From contig JAQTSY010000001.1 of assembly GCA_028711065.1 (NCBI GenBank), positions 22,610-86,609 on the forward strand: a stretch of DNA of 64,000 nt, read 5' to 3'. The stretch is from Minisyncoccota bacterium (GTDB lineage Bacteria; Patescibacteriota; Minisyncoccia; Phycocordibacterales; JAQTLZ01). The notes beneath the pieces are model-generated. The model saw nothing but the letters and a program-made list of their open reading frames with translations. It did no database searches and was not told where the DNA came from. A program made the translations under genes and the position numbers. Each line of letters starts with the position of its first letter. Position 1 is the stretch's first letter. Positions 1 to 9,335 of the stretch are shown here, piece by piece.

Positions 1-14
1 ATAATGAAAGATAT

Positions 15-572
15 ATGCCAGGACTTTACACAGGAAAGGGAGATGCTGGTACCACAAAAATCTTTACCAGCAAGGAGCGGATTTCAAAAGACTCTCCGGT
101 CATAGAAGCGCTCGGCTCACTTGATGAGCTCAATTCCTTTTTAGGTATCTGTAAAGTGCTCTCGTATGAGAAGAAGCTCAAACTGGAATCAGATCTTCTA
201 GGAGATATCATTCACGCAATACAAAAAGACCTTTTTATCGTGCAGGCGGAGCTTGCTGGTTCTGAAATGACTATCTCGCGCAAAAAGGTGGAAAGTCTTG
301 AAGCTCTTATTGCAACAGTCGAAAAGATAATTCCACCTATAAAAACATTCCGCATAGCAGGCGGGACAGAGCTTGCAGCGCATTTTGACGTGGCACGGAC
401 AGCTGTCCGCAGAGCCGAACGGCGAGTGGTTGGAGCGGGAGAAAAAGGAAATAAAGTTGGGCTAGACACTTTGGCATTTGTAAACCGCCTCTCGAGCGTC
501 TTTTATGCATTCGCTCGTTTTGTAAATGATCAAGAAAAAATCATTGAGCCTTCTCCAGACTACAGCCTTTAA
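15..572 (+). CDS. PduO-type ATP:cob(I)alamin adenosyltransferase (MMAB family)
   Basis: The N-terminal 'YTGKGDAGTT' matches the PduO/MMAB 'YTxxGDxGxT' signature. The ~185-aa size fits the family. Confidence 0.75.
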   Translation: MPGLYTGKGDAGTTKIFTSKERISKDSPVIEALGSLDELNSFLGICKVLSYEKKLKLESDLLGDIIHAIQKDLFIVQAELAGSEMTISRKKVESLEALIATVEKIIPPIKTFRIAGGTELAAHFDVARTAVRRAERRVVGAGEKGNKVGLDTLAFVNRLSSVFYAFARFVNDQEKIIEPSPDYSL

Positions 573-593
573 AATTGTAGTTTTCATTTCTTC

Positions 594-1286
594 TTGTATA
601 CTAAGTGGGCGAAAAGTAAAATCACTTTATTTTATATGCAAATGTTAGAGGATCACGAGCCAATTTCTACTATAACGTATCCTGAAAGTGATAGAGAGAA
701 ATGGAAATCAGGAGCAGAGAAATTTCAGCACTTTTTCGCTTCCTTGGGGGGAGAAAATACTATAGGCCTTGACCATCAAGATTTCGGCGTCATCGAAGCT
801 TTTTTCTTAGAAGAAAAACCGCTTCTCTTTCTTCATCAAATGAGCGATCGAGCTCGAAAAGAATTTGTAAATTCTGGTTTTTTTGTAGAGGGAAGTTATG
901 TATACAACCAGGCTCTCGTGAAAACTTTGCTTCAAGAAGAGCCGGGGTTAAAAGAAGAACTTGAAAGTGAAGAGCCAAAGGTAGCAATGAAAAAATTATC
1001 TGCTGCTGATCACACTGATTTTGCTTTTTCTCGCGGCATTCTCTTAGGCATTCCCCGGAGTGCTGTAGAAGATTTTGTTAGATATCAGGATGATATGAAA
1101 AGAAATGAAAATATGCCAAAGAAAATAATTGATGTGTATACAGTAAAATGGGGCGAGTGGCGCGATGAGCCTGACGCAAGAGCTTTCGAGGAAAAGCTTA
1201 GCGCAGCGTTTGAGCAATCAGGAATTCTTGAAGTGTTGGATCCGCGCCAATTTAAAACTGCAGATGGAATGGATATCCGGGTATAA
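594..1286 (+). CDS. hypothetical protein
   Basis: 230-aa ORF in the gene-dense + strand context with no recognisable motif. The start is uncertain; an alternative Met lies at ~636. Confidence 0.4.
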   Translation: MYTKWAKSKITLFYMQMLEDHEPISTITYPESDREKWKSGAEKFQHFFASLGGENTIGLDHQDFGVIEAFFLEEKPLLFLHQMSDRARKEFVNSGFFVEGSYVYNQALVKTLLQEEPGLKEELESEEPKVAMKKLSAADHTDFAFSRGILLGIPRSAVEDFVRYQDDMKRNENMPKKIIDVYTVKWGEWRDEPDARAFEEKLSAAFEQSGILEVLDPRQFKTADGMDIRV

Positions 1287-1351
1287 TTGTCGAACTATGA
1301 AATATGATATAAAAAATGTTGTTTTGGTTCCGAAGAGAAAACTCTCCAATC

Positions 1352-2287
1352 ATGGCCACTAAAGAAAAGAAAATATTAGTTTCGGGTTCGCTTGCAATCG
1401 ATCTCATTTTTGATATTCATGGAAAAATTCAAAACGAAATTGTTTTGCCGGTTCAAAGCCAGCAAAATATGATGTTTGTGGCAAAGCGAAAAATTGAACG
1501 ATACGGGGGGACTGGTGGAAATATTGCTTATGGCCTCGGGCTTCTTGGCGCGAAGCCGATTCTCGTGTCTGCGGTAGGGAAAGATTTCGACAATGGTTTT
1601 CGGCAACACTTACTTTCTCACGGCGTGATTCCTAAAGTTTTTATTGAAAAAAAAGGCTTTACCGCGAATTTTTATGGAATGTCTGATGAAAAAGGACAGC
1701 AAGTAGGGGTGTGGCAGCCAAATTGCTATCACGACCAAATCGAAAAATTTCCTTTGTCTAAAATCCTGCCGAAGCGTGAATTAAAGAAGGTGTCGTATGC
1801 CATCGTTTCTGCCGGAACGGGTAAAAGTATGCTCGCCCATATAGAAGAGCTTCGAAAAGTGTGCGGGAAAGAAATAACCACTCTCTTCGATCCGGGCCAG
1901 GTGCTTTCTGTTTTCTACGATAAAACACTTCTCGAAAAAACTCTGAAACTTGCCGATATTTTTATAGGAAACGAAGTTGAATTTAAACAAGCTGAAAGTA
2001 TTTTGGGATACTCGCGAGAAGAAATCTTTAAGCTCGGAATAACTACGCTTATCGAAACAAAAGGAAGTGAGGGAAGCGTCATTTATCATAAGAACGGCGC
2101 CAAAGAAAAAGTAAGCGCAGTAAAACCAAAAAAGATTGTTGAAACAACTGGGGCGGGTGACGCGTATCGCTCGGGGCTTCTTTTCGGTCTGTATCAAGGT
2201 TTAACCTTGAGAAAAAGCTGTGAACTCGGAGCAAAAATTGCTGCAAAAAGTATTGAATATTCAGGAGCACAGGAATATAAACTTTAA
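1352..2287 (+). CDS. PfkB-family carbohydrate/nucleoside kinase (ribokinase-like)
   Basis: The N-terminal 'GGTGGNIAYGLGLLG' Gly-rich motif and the C-terminal 'TTGAGDAYRSGLLFGL' (PfkB signature 2, DTxGAGD) are both present. Start chosen at 'MATKEKKILVSGS'. Confidence 0.8.
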   Translation: MATKEKKILVSGSLAIDLIFDIHGKIQNEIVLPVQSQQNMMFVAKRKIERYGGTGGNIAYGLGLLGAKPILVSAVGKDFDNGFRQHLLSHGVIPKVFIEKKGFTANFYGMSDEKGQQVGVWQPNCYHDQIEKFPLSKILPKRELKKVSYAIVSAGTGKSMLAHIEELRKVCGKEITTLFDPGQVLSVFYDKTLLEKTLKLADIFIGNEVEFKQAESILGYSREEIFKLGITTLIETKGSEGSVIYHKNGAKEKVSAVKPKKIVETTGAGDAYRSGLLFGLYQGLTLRKSCELGAKIAAKSIEYSGAQEYKL

Positions 2288-2333
2288 GACGCAATCCACA
2301 ACCCCCATAATCTCTCTGGGGTATACTTAAAGT

Positions 2334-3053
2334 ATGCGGAAAAAGGTAATGCGAGTCTATCGCACGAAATATCATCTGCTTGGTACGATCCTTGTGATCG
2401 TCGTGCCTTTTCTTTTCCTCCTTTATTTTTCTCGAGTTTCGAATATTGATACCGGAGTGCTTTTTGAAAATTTGGTTTTGTCAGTCGGACGAATTATCGT
2501 TGCATACATTATTTCCGCTGTACTCGCTTGGGTGCTCGCAGTATTCTTTTATCGGGGAAAACGCGCCGATTATGCCCTTCCCGTTTTCGACATTCTTCAA
2601 AGTTTTCCCACTTCCGCCACTCTTCCTCTCGCTGCACTTATCTGGGGAAAGACAAACAGCACAGTTATTTTCTTTCTGGTTCTCACGATGATTTGGCCGA
2701 TTCTTTTCTCTCTTATAAGCGCGCTCAAACTCGTAAAGCATGAATGGGAAGAATCTGTCGAAATAGGAGGTATTACTGGTTGGCGATATATAAAATCATT
2801 TTTGATTCCCGTAAGTTTTCCCGCTCTCGTTACAGGCTCTATCATTGGTATTGGAGAAGGATGGGAAGCACTTGTTGCAACAGAAATTATTATCGGTATT
2901 CAATCCGGCCTCGGACATTTTTTCGAACAATTCGCTACAAATACAACCCTTACAGCTCTTGGGGTGCTTGGTTTTCTCCTTCTTATCTTCAGCGTGAACA
3001 AAATAATCTGGCTCCCTCTTTTGGAGCGAAGCCATAAGATGCTAGAAGAATAA
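2334..3053 (+). CDS. ABC transporter permease (NitT/TauT-type, BPD_transp_1)
   Basis: Six predicted TM helices and a conserved EAA-like loop region. An ABC ATPase follows immediately. Confidence 0.75.
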   Translation: MRKKVMRVYRTKYHLLGTILVIVVPFLFLLYFSRVSNIDTGVLFENLVLSVGRIIVAYIISAVLAWVLAVFFYRGKRADYALPVFDILQSFPTSATLPLAALIWGKTNSTVIFFLVLTMIWPILFSLISALKLVKHEWEESVEIGGITGWRYIKSFLIPVSFPALVTGSIIGIGEGWEALVATEIIIGIQSGLGHFFEQFATNTTLTALGVLGFLLLIFSVNKIIWLPLLERSHKMLEE

Positions 3054-3065
3054 CTTTTTATTTTC

Positions 3066-3845
3066 ATGAGTACCATTTTGCATTTAAAAAACGTAGCAAA
3101 AACATTCCGCGATGAGCACCGCAAAGAAGCTCGAATACTCACTGATATAAACCTTGAGATAAAAGAAGGAGAAATATTCTCTTTTCTCGGCGCTTCCGGC
3201 TCTGGCAAGTCAACGCTTCTTCGGCTTATGTCCGGACTTGATAAGGAATTCACCGGAGAAATTGTCTGGGCACCTTCTGCAAATCCTAAAGAATGCGGAT
3301 TTGTTTTCCAGCAGTTCGCTCTTTTGCCGTGGCTTACGGTGCATCAAAACATAGAACTTTGGCTCATCTCTCGAAATATTCCGCTTGCCGAAAGAGAACG
3401 CCGAGTCAAAAAAGAACTCCAGGTAATGAAGCTCGAACGAGCAGGGCATTTGTATCCTCACGAGCTTTCCGGGGGGATGAAGCAAAGAGTGGGTATTGCG
3501 CGTGCGCTCGTAATCGAGCCGAAAATTATCTTTATGGACGAAGCCTTTTCAGAGCTTGATTCATATACCGCGCAAACCCTCCGCCAGGAACTTTTGAATA
3601 TTTGGCAGGAAAGAAAGATGACCATTGTCATGGTCACTCATATTCTCGAAGAAGCACTTGAGCTTGCAGACAGAATCGCTGTTTTAACATCAGATCATCC
3701 GTCCACCATTTCACACGTGATGGAAAATTCCTTATCGCGTCCGAGACAGAAGCGCTCGCCAGAATTTTTCGCTCACGAAGATAAACTGTTCGGATATGTA
3801 CGCCCACATCTGGAAGCAAAAGAAAGGCGAGATGCTTTGATGTAA
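3066..3845 (+). CDS. ABC transporter ATP-binding protein (NitT/TauT family)
   Basis: Walker A 'GASGSGKST', ABC signature 'LSGGMKQRVGIARAL' and Walker B 'IIFMDEAFSELD' are all present. Confidence 0.9.
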   Translation: MSTILHLKNVAKTFRDEHRKEARILTDINLEIKEGEIFSFLGASGSGKSTLLRLMSGLDKEFTGEIVWAPSANPKECGFVFQQFALLPWLTVHQNIELWLISRNIPLAERERRVKKELQVMKLERAGHLYPHELSGGMKQRVGIARALVIEPKIIFMDEAFSELDSYTAQTLRQELLNIWQERKMTIVMVTHILEEALELADRIAVLTSDHPSTISHVMENSLSRPRQKRSPEFFAHEDKLFGYVRPHLEAKERRDALM

Positions 3846-3874
3846 GTTTTCTGCTATACTCTCGTCTAACTAAT

Positions 3875-4672
3875 ATGATCGAAGTTAAAAATCTCGTAAA
3901 AAAGTTTGGAAATTTCACCGCTGTGAAAAATGTCAGTTTCGAAGTTAAGAAAGGTGAAATTTTTGCATTTCTGGGTCCCAATGGTGCAGGGAAATCAACT
4001 ACGATAAAAATGCTTACGACCCTCCTTCATCCCACGGAAGGGACGATTCGAATTGACGGAAATAATCCCGTAACACAGGCAAACCAGGTCCGTCACGCCT
4101 TCGGCATCGTCTTTCAAGACCCAAGTCTCGACGATGAGCTTACAGCGTGGGAAAACATGGAATTTCACGGCGTACTGTATGGAATGCCGAAGAAACTTCG
4201 CCGACAAAGAATTGATGAACTTATGGCATTCGTAGAGCTTACTGATCGTAAAGACAGCCTGGTAAAACAATTTTCCGGAGGAATGAAACGCCGGCTTGAA
4301 ATTGCGAGGGGTCTTATTCATCATCCGAAAATCATCTTCTTGGACGAGCCGACCCTCGGTCTTGATCCGCAAACTCGAAATCATATGTGGACGTATCTTC
4401 AGGAATTAAATAAATCTGAAGGTGTTACTATTTTTTTCACCACGCACTACATGGAGGAGGCTGCAAAAGTTGCGCAAAGGATTGCCATTATAGACCACGG
4501 AACCATTGTGGCTTCCGGCACAGCAGATTCCTTAAAAGAACAAACGAGCACCAAATCTCTTGAAGAAGCATTTCTGGCCCTCACAGGAAAGACAATTCGA
4601 GAAGAGGAAGCCGGCGCAGGGGATCATATGCGCCAGATGCGCCAAGTATGGAGAGGGGGAAATAAAAGATAA
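3875..4672 (+). CDS. ABC-2 type transporter ATP-binding protein
   Basis: Walker A 'GPNGAGKST', signature 'FSGGMKRRLEIARGL' and Walker B 'IIFLDEPTLGLD' are present. Confidence 0.9.
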   Translation: MIEVKNLVKKFGNFTAVKNVSFEVKKGEIFAFLGPNGAGKSTTIKMLTTLLHPTEGTIRIDGNNPVTQANQVRHAFGIVFQDPSLDDELTAWENMEFHGVLYGMPKKLRRQRIDELMAFVELTDRKDSLVKQFSGGMKRRLEIARGLIHHPKIIFLDEPTLGLDPQTRNHMWTYLQELNKSEGVTIFFTTHYMEEAAKVAQRIAIIDHGTIVASGTADSLKEQTSTKSLEEAFLALTGKTIREEEAGAGDHMRQMRQVWRGGNKR

Positions 4673-4678
4673 AAAACT

Positions 4679-5431
4679 ATGCTTTCAACTATTTACATTC
4701 TTTGGCTTCGACAAATTAAGCGATACATACGCTCCAAGTCTCGCATAATTGGTTCTCTTGGCCAGCCAATTCTATTTCTCTTGGCACTCGGATATGGGTT
4801 CGGGCCGGTTTTCCAGCAAGCGGGAAAAGGGAATTATATTAATTTTCTCGTTCCCGGAGTGGTTGGAATGGGAATTATTTTCACGGCGATCTTTTCAGGA
4901 ATTGAAGTGATCTGGGACAGGCAATTTGGATTTTTGAAAGAGACGCTTGTTGCTCCCGTATCTCGTTACAATATTATGGTTGGAAGAACTTTGGGGGGCG
5001 CAACCGTTGCAGTAATGCAGGGTGTTGTTGTCTTTCTTCTGTCGCTTTTTACTGGTTTCCATCCCGTATCTTGGGCAGTCATGCCTCTCGTTCTCGTTGT
5101 TATGTTTCTTGTCGCAATTCTCTTCACAGCTTTGGGCACTGCGATCGCTTCGAGATTGGAAGACATGCAGGGCTTTCAGCTTATTATGAACTTTTTGGTG
5201 ATGCCTCTCTTTTTCCTTTCAGGTTCTTTGTTTCCTCTCGGGGAATCTGGCCAGGGGGTCATAGGTACGATCGCGAAATTTGATCCGCTTTCATATGGGA
5301 TTGACGCGATGCGAGGACTTCTCGTCGGCGGATATCATTTCGGATTGGGGACTGATATAACAGTACTTTCTCTTATAACGGTTGTGTTCGTTCTTATTGG
5401 AGGTTATCTCTTTTCTAAAATAGAGATCTAG
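4679..5431 (+). CDS. ABC-2 type transporter permease
   Basis: Polytopic membrane protein encoded directly downstream of the ABC-2 ATPase. Confidence 0.75.
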   Translation: MLSTIYILWLRQIKRYIRSKSRIIGSLGQPILFLLALGYGFGPVFQQAGKGNYINFLVPGVVGMGIIFTAIFSGIEVIWDRQFGFLKETLVAPVSRYNIMVGRTLGGATVAVMQGVVVFLLSLFTGFHPVSWAVMPLVLVVMFLVAILFTALGTAIASRLEDMQGFQLIMNFLVMPLFFLSGSLFPLGESGQGVIGTIAKFDPLSYGIDAMRGLLVGGYHFGLGTDITVLSLITVVFVLIGGYLFSKIEI

Positions 5432-5435
5432 CAAT

Positions 5436-6368
5436 ATGGAAAATTCATCGAAGACCTTGAAGGGAAGCGCGCTTGTTGTGTGCGCCGCGCTTCTTTGGGC
5501 GCTCGACGGAGTAATACGAAGAAGTCTTTTCACTCTTCCTCCGATTACCATCATCTTTTTTGAGCATCTTTTCGGCGCCATCATTATTTTACCGTTTGTC
5601 TGGAAAGCGCTTGCCTCCGAACGTCTCCTTGTCCAGGAATGGCTCATGATCATTCTCATATCTCTTTTAAGCGGACTTTTTGGGACACTTTGGTTTACCA
5701 CCGCGCTTCTCAAATCCGGCTTCATCTCATTTAGCGTAGTTTTTTTACTGCAAAAACTTCAACCGATCTTTGCAATCTCCACCGCACGAATATTTCTAAA
5801 GGAAAAACTTACGAAAAAATATATTATTTGGGCTGTGCTGGCTCTGGTGGCTGCCTATTTTGTTACCTTTCCAAAAGGAATAGTAAATTTTTCTACCGGA
5901 AGCGGAACTGTTATCGCCGCTCTCTATGCACTGGGCGCAGCGTTCGCATGGGGTTCATCTACTACTTTTTCTAAAATCGCCCTGAAGAAAAGATCTCATA
6001 GTTATGTTACTGCTGTCCGGTTTTTCATCACAACCCTTCTTGCACTCTGTTTTATGATTATAATTCACCAAACTCCTTCACTCCATTATCCTAGTCTTTC
6101 CCAGTTCGCTCGCTTTGCTCTTATTGCAGTTTCGACAGGAATGCTAGCACTTCTCATCTATTACAAAGGCTTGCAAAAAATTCCGGTAAAGGTTTCTACT
6201 ATTCTTGAGCTCACTTTTCCACTTGTTGCCATTCTCATAGACGCGATTCTTTATCACTCGTTTCTTTCCTTCAGTCAGGCAATTGCAGCAATTGTGTTAA
6301 TTGCGAGTATGTATAAAATATCTACTATAAGAATTTCTGAAAATGAAACTTCTATTCAAAACAACTAG
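5436..6368 (+). CDS. EamA/DMT-family membrane transporter
   Basis: About 10 TM segments arranged as a duplicated EamA-like architecture. Confidence 0.65.
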   Translation: MENSSKTLKGSALVVCAALLWALDGVIRRSLFTLPPITIIFFEHLFGAIIILPFVWKALASERLLVQEWLMIILISLLSGLFGTLWFTTALLKSGFISFSVVFLLQKLQPIFAISTARIFLKEKLTKKYIIWAVLALVAAYFVTFPKGIVNFSTGSGTVIAALYALGAAFAWGSSTTFSKIALKKRSHSYVTAVRFFITTLLALCFMIIIHQTPSLHYPSLSQFARFALIAVSTGMLALLIYYKGLQKIPVKVSTILELTFPLVAILIDAILYHSFLSFSQAIAAIVLIASMYKISTIRISENETSIQNN

Positions 6369-6717
6369 TAAGACTGGAAAAGGGCGAGGTAAACTTCTCG
6401 GGTTTCCGACAGTGAATCTTGTTATTCCGGATGAACTTTCTTTGACCATGCAAGAGGGGATTTATGCCGCGCGCGCGACAATAAAAGAACAGAAATACGA
6501 AGCCGCGCTCTATTTCGGCACGGTCCCAACGTTTGAAGACGTTGACCATACTTTAGAGCTTTATCTTATTGATGCTGATCACCCCATCATTTTTGCCGGA
6601 GAAGTTGTTGAATTTCAAGTAATAAAATTTATTCGAGGAGTCCAAAAATTTGATTCTCCAGAGCTTCTTGTCCGCCAGATGCAGAAAGATGTTGAATCGA
6701 TAAAATCTATTCTCTGA
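6343..6717 (+). CDS. riboflavin kinase (monofunctional, RibF C-terminal-domain type)
   Basis: 'GKGRGKLLGFPTVNL' matches the flavokinase GxGRG..LGFPTAN motif, followed by 'EGIYAARA' and 'PTFED'. The gene overlaps the end of the upstream EamA gene by 26 nt. Confidence 0.85.
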   Translation: MKLLFKTTSKTGKGRGKLLGFPTVNLVIPDELSLTMQEGIYAARATIKEQKYEAALYFGTVPTFEDVDHTLELYLIDADHPIIFAGEVVEFQVIKFIRGVQKFDSPELLVRQMQKDVESIKSIL

Positions 6718-6744
6718 ATCATTAAATTCTGCTAGAATGGCAGA

Positions 6745-9330
6745 ATGTCTCAATTAAGAAAGCGAAACTCGAAGAGTGTACGGCTTTCTAGCCATGTTAT
6801 ACCAGAAAGGTACGAGCTTAGCTTGAAGCCTGATCTCGAGGCTTTTACCTTTGAGGGGCAAGAAGCTATTACTCTTATTCTCAAAAAAGCTACCAAGACG
6901 ATAACGCTTCACTCAAAGAATCTGGAGATAGAATCTGCTGAAGTAGAATTTAGAAAAGAGAAGATCTTTGCTCTTAAAATTTCGTACGATGAGAAGGCAG
7001 AGACTGCTACATTTTTCTTTCAAAATGAAATTCCTAAAGGGAAGCTTAAGCTCGCTTTAGTGTTTCGAGGAGTTTTAAACGATTTAATGCGGGGCTTTTA
7101 TAGAAGTCGCTATGAACACGAGGGGAAGACGAAACACCTCGCTACGACCCAATTTGAGTCAACAGATGCCCGTCAGGCCTTTCCTTGTTTCGATGAGCCA
7201 GCTTTGAAGGCAATTTTCGATATCTCACTTGTCGTTCCGACGAATCTGACAGCCATTTCAAATACCATGCCCTCCAATATCCGGGAGCACGAGGGAGGAT
7301 ACAAAACCGTTACTTTTGAACCCACTCCGAAGATGTCTACCTATCTCGCGGCATTTATTGTTGGAGATTTTGAATCTATTGAAGGAAAAACTGCCCGCGG
7401 AACTCTTGTCCGAATTTTCACCACTCCAGGAAAAATTCATCAAGGAAAATTTGCTTTGGAAGTTGCGAAAAAATCGCTCACGTTTTTTGAAAAATATTTC
7501 GGCATTCATTATCCGCTTCCTGCGCTCGACCTAATCGCCATTCCTGATTTTCAATCAGGGGCAATGGAAAACTGGGGTGCAATTACCTATCGAGAGACTG
7601 CGCTTTTGTATGACGAAGAACATTCAGCCCTCGCTACGAAACAGCGAGTGGCTATTGTGATCGCGCACGAGATCGCTCATCAGTGGTTTGGAAATCTTGT
7701 AACCATGGAATGGTGGACGCATTTATGGTTAAACGAGGGGTTCGCAACGTACATTGAATACCTCGCGGTTGACGCAATGTTCCCAGAGTGGGACATGTGG
7801 ACGCAATTTCTTATCGAAGACCATGGGGTTGCCCTCCAACTTGACGCTCTGGCAAACACTCATCCGATCGAAGTTCCTGTACATCACCCGAACGAAATTA
7901 GTGAAATTTTCGATAAAGTTAGCTATTCAAAAGGAGGAAGTGTGATAAGAATGCTTGCAGAGTATCTTGGAAAAGAAAATTTCCGAAAAGGCCTTTCGCA
8001 TTATTTGAAGAAACACAGCTACGCAAATGCAGAAACTGCTGACCTTTGGAAAGCCCTCGAAAAAGTCTCCGGCAAACCTGTGGCAAAAATAATGCGAGAC
8101 TGGACGGAGCATCCAGGATACCCAGTTCTCCAAGTTTCGCAAGTACAAAGCAAATACAATTTAACCCAATCACGCTTCTTCTCAAGTCCGATTTCGGAAA
8201 GAAAAATGAAAGACAAGACTTTGTGGCATATTCCTGTAATTTCCAAATCGAATAATAAAAGCGGAGTAGATAAAACCATTTCGAATAAAAAAACCTTTGC
8301 AGTTTCGAGAAAAGCCGGTTCAAAGTGGACAAAGATAAATTACGGAGAAACGGGGTTCTTCCGCACCGCATATTCTAAGGAAGCACTTGAGAGTTTCAAG
8401 GAGCCAATTGAAAATAAGACGTTTGGCCCAATTGATCGGCTCGGCATTATCCGAGATGCTTTCGCACTTTTGGAGGCAGGGAAAATCGATGCAGAAAGTG
8501 TGCTAACTCTTTCGGAGAGTTTTAAAAACGAAGATGATTATGCTGTTTGGGGAGAATTGGCATCTGGACTCTCTTCGCTCACCGGAGTTTTGCCAGTAGG
8601 CAAGTTGAAAAATGAATACAAAGAATATGCCGGAAAGATATTTCTAGGAGTTGTTAAAAAATTAGGCTGGGCTAAAAAAGACGAAGAAAAGCACACGGTA
8701 ACACTTTTGCGCTCCCTTGTTCTTGGAAGTGCGGGACTTTACGGGAATAAAGAGGTTATAAAACGAGCACAAAGGCTTTTCCAAGATTTCATAGAAAAAG
8801 GTGCTCCAATTTGCGCGGATATTCGAGGCACTGTATACATGCTCGCAGCTCGTTATGGAGGAAAAAAAGAGCACGAAATTCTCACAGACCTCTACAAGAA
8901 AGAGAAACTTCAGGAAGAAAAAAATCGAATCGGGAGGGCGCTTGCGAATTTCTCGAGTGAAAAACTTATAGAGGAAACCCTCAATTTTGCCCTTTCCAAA
9001 GAAGTGCGAACACAGGATGCTTTTATTCTCATCATTTTGGCTTGGAGAAATCCGTACGGGCAGGAAATAACATGGAAATTTGTGAAAAAACATTGGGGTA
9101 AACTTTTGTCGCGGTACGGGGGAGCCGGAATCATTGCTCACATATTGGAGAGCGCTTCTGTTTTTGCAACAAACGAAAATGCGAAAGAGATCCTGAAATT
9201 TTTCAAAACTCATCCTGCACCTGGCGCGAAAAGAACTTTAGAACAAGCAATCGAGCAAATTTATTCGAATGTTCTCTGGAGAGAAAGGCTTCTGAAAACT
9301 TTGCCGGCATTTTTTAAAAAGAATAAATAA
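6745..9330 (+). CDS. pepN: aminopeptidase N (M1 family zinc metallopeptidase)
   Basis: 'GAMENWG' exopeptidase motif and 'HEIAHQWFGNLVTMEWW...LWLNEGFA' HExxH-(18)-E zinc site. Confidence 0.9.
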   Translation: MSQLRKRNSKSVRLSSHVIPERYELSLKPDLEAFTFEGQEAITLILKKATKTITLHSKNLEIESAEVEFRKEKIFALKISYDEKAETATFFFQNEIPKGKLKLALVFRGVLNDLMRGFYRSRYEHEGKTKHLATTQFESTDARQAFPCFDEPALKAIFDISLVVPTNLTAISNTMPSNIREHEGGYKTVTFEPTPKMSTYLAAFIVGDFESIEGKTARGTLVRIFTTPGKIHQGKFALEVAKKSLTFFEKYFGIHYPLPALDLIAIPDFQSGAMENWGAITYRETALLYDEEHSALATKQRVAIVIAHEIAHQWFGNLVTMEWWTHLWLNEGFATYIEYLAVDAMFPEWDMWTQFLIEDHGVALQLDALANTHPIEVPVHHPNEISEIFDKVSYSKGGSVIRMLAEYLGKENFRKGLSHYLKKHSYANAETADLWKALEKVSGKPVAKIMRDWTEHPGYPVLQVSQVQSKYNLTQSRFFSSPISERKMKDKTLWHIPVISKSNNKSGVDKTISNKKTFAVSRKAGSKWTKINYGETGFFRTAYSKEALESFKEPIENKTFGPIDRLGIIRDAFALLEAGKIDAESVLTLSESFKNEDDYAVWGELASGLSSLTGVLPVGKLKNEYKEYAGKIFLGVVKKLGWAKKDEEKHTVTLLRSLVLGSAGLYGNKEVIKRAQRLFQDFIEKGAPICADIRGTVYMLAARYGGKKEHEILTDLYKKEKLQEEKNRIGRALANFSSEKLIEETLNFALSKEVRTQDAFILIILAWRNPYGQEITWKFVKKHWGKLLSRYGGAGIIAHILESASVFATNENAKEILKFFKTHPAPGAKRTLEQAIEQIYSNVLWRERLLKTLPAFFKKNK

Positions 9331-9335
9331 TTATT

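Noticed and set aside
7919-8371. 150-aa minus-strand ORF inside pepN (and similar antisense ORFs inside pepN, the ABC exporter, uvrB, uvrA, the PEP-cluster genes, atp genes and leuS)
   Set aside because: They are embedded antisense in genes with strong motif support. They are low-complexity or have no motifs, and are typical shadow ORFs.
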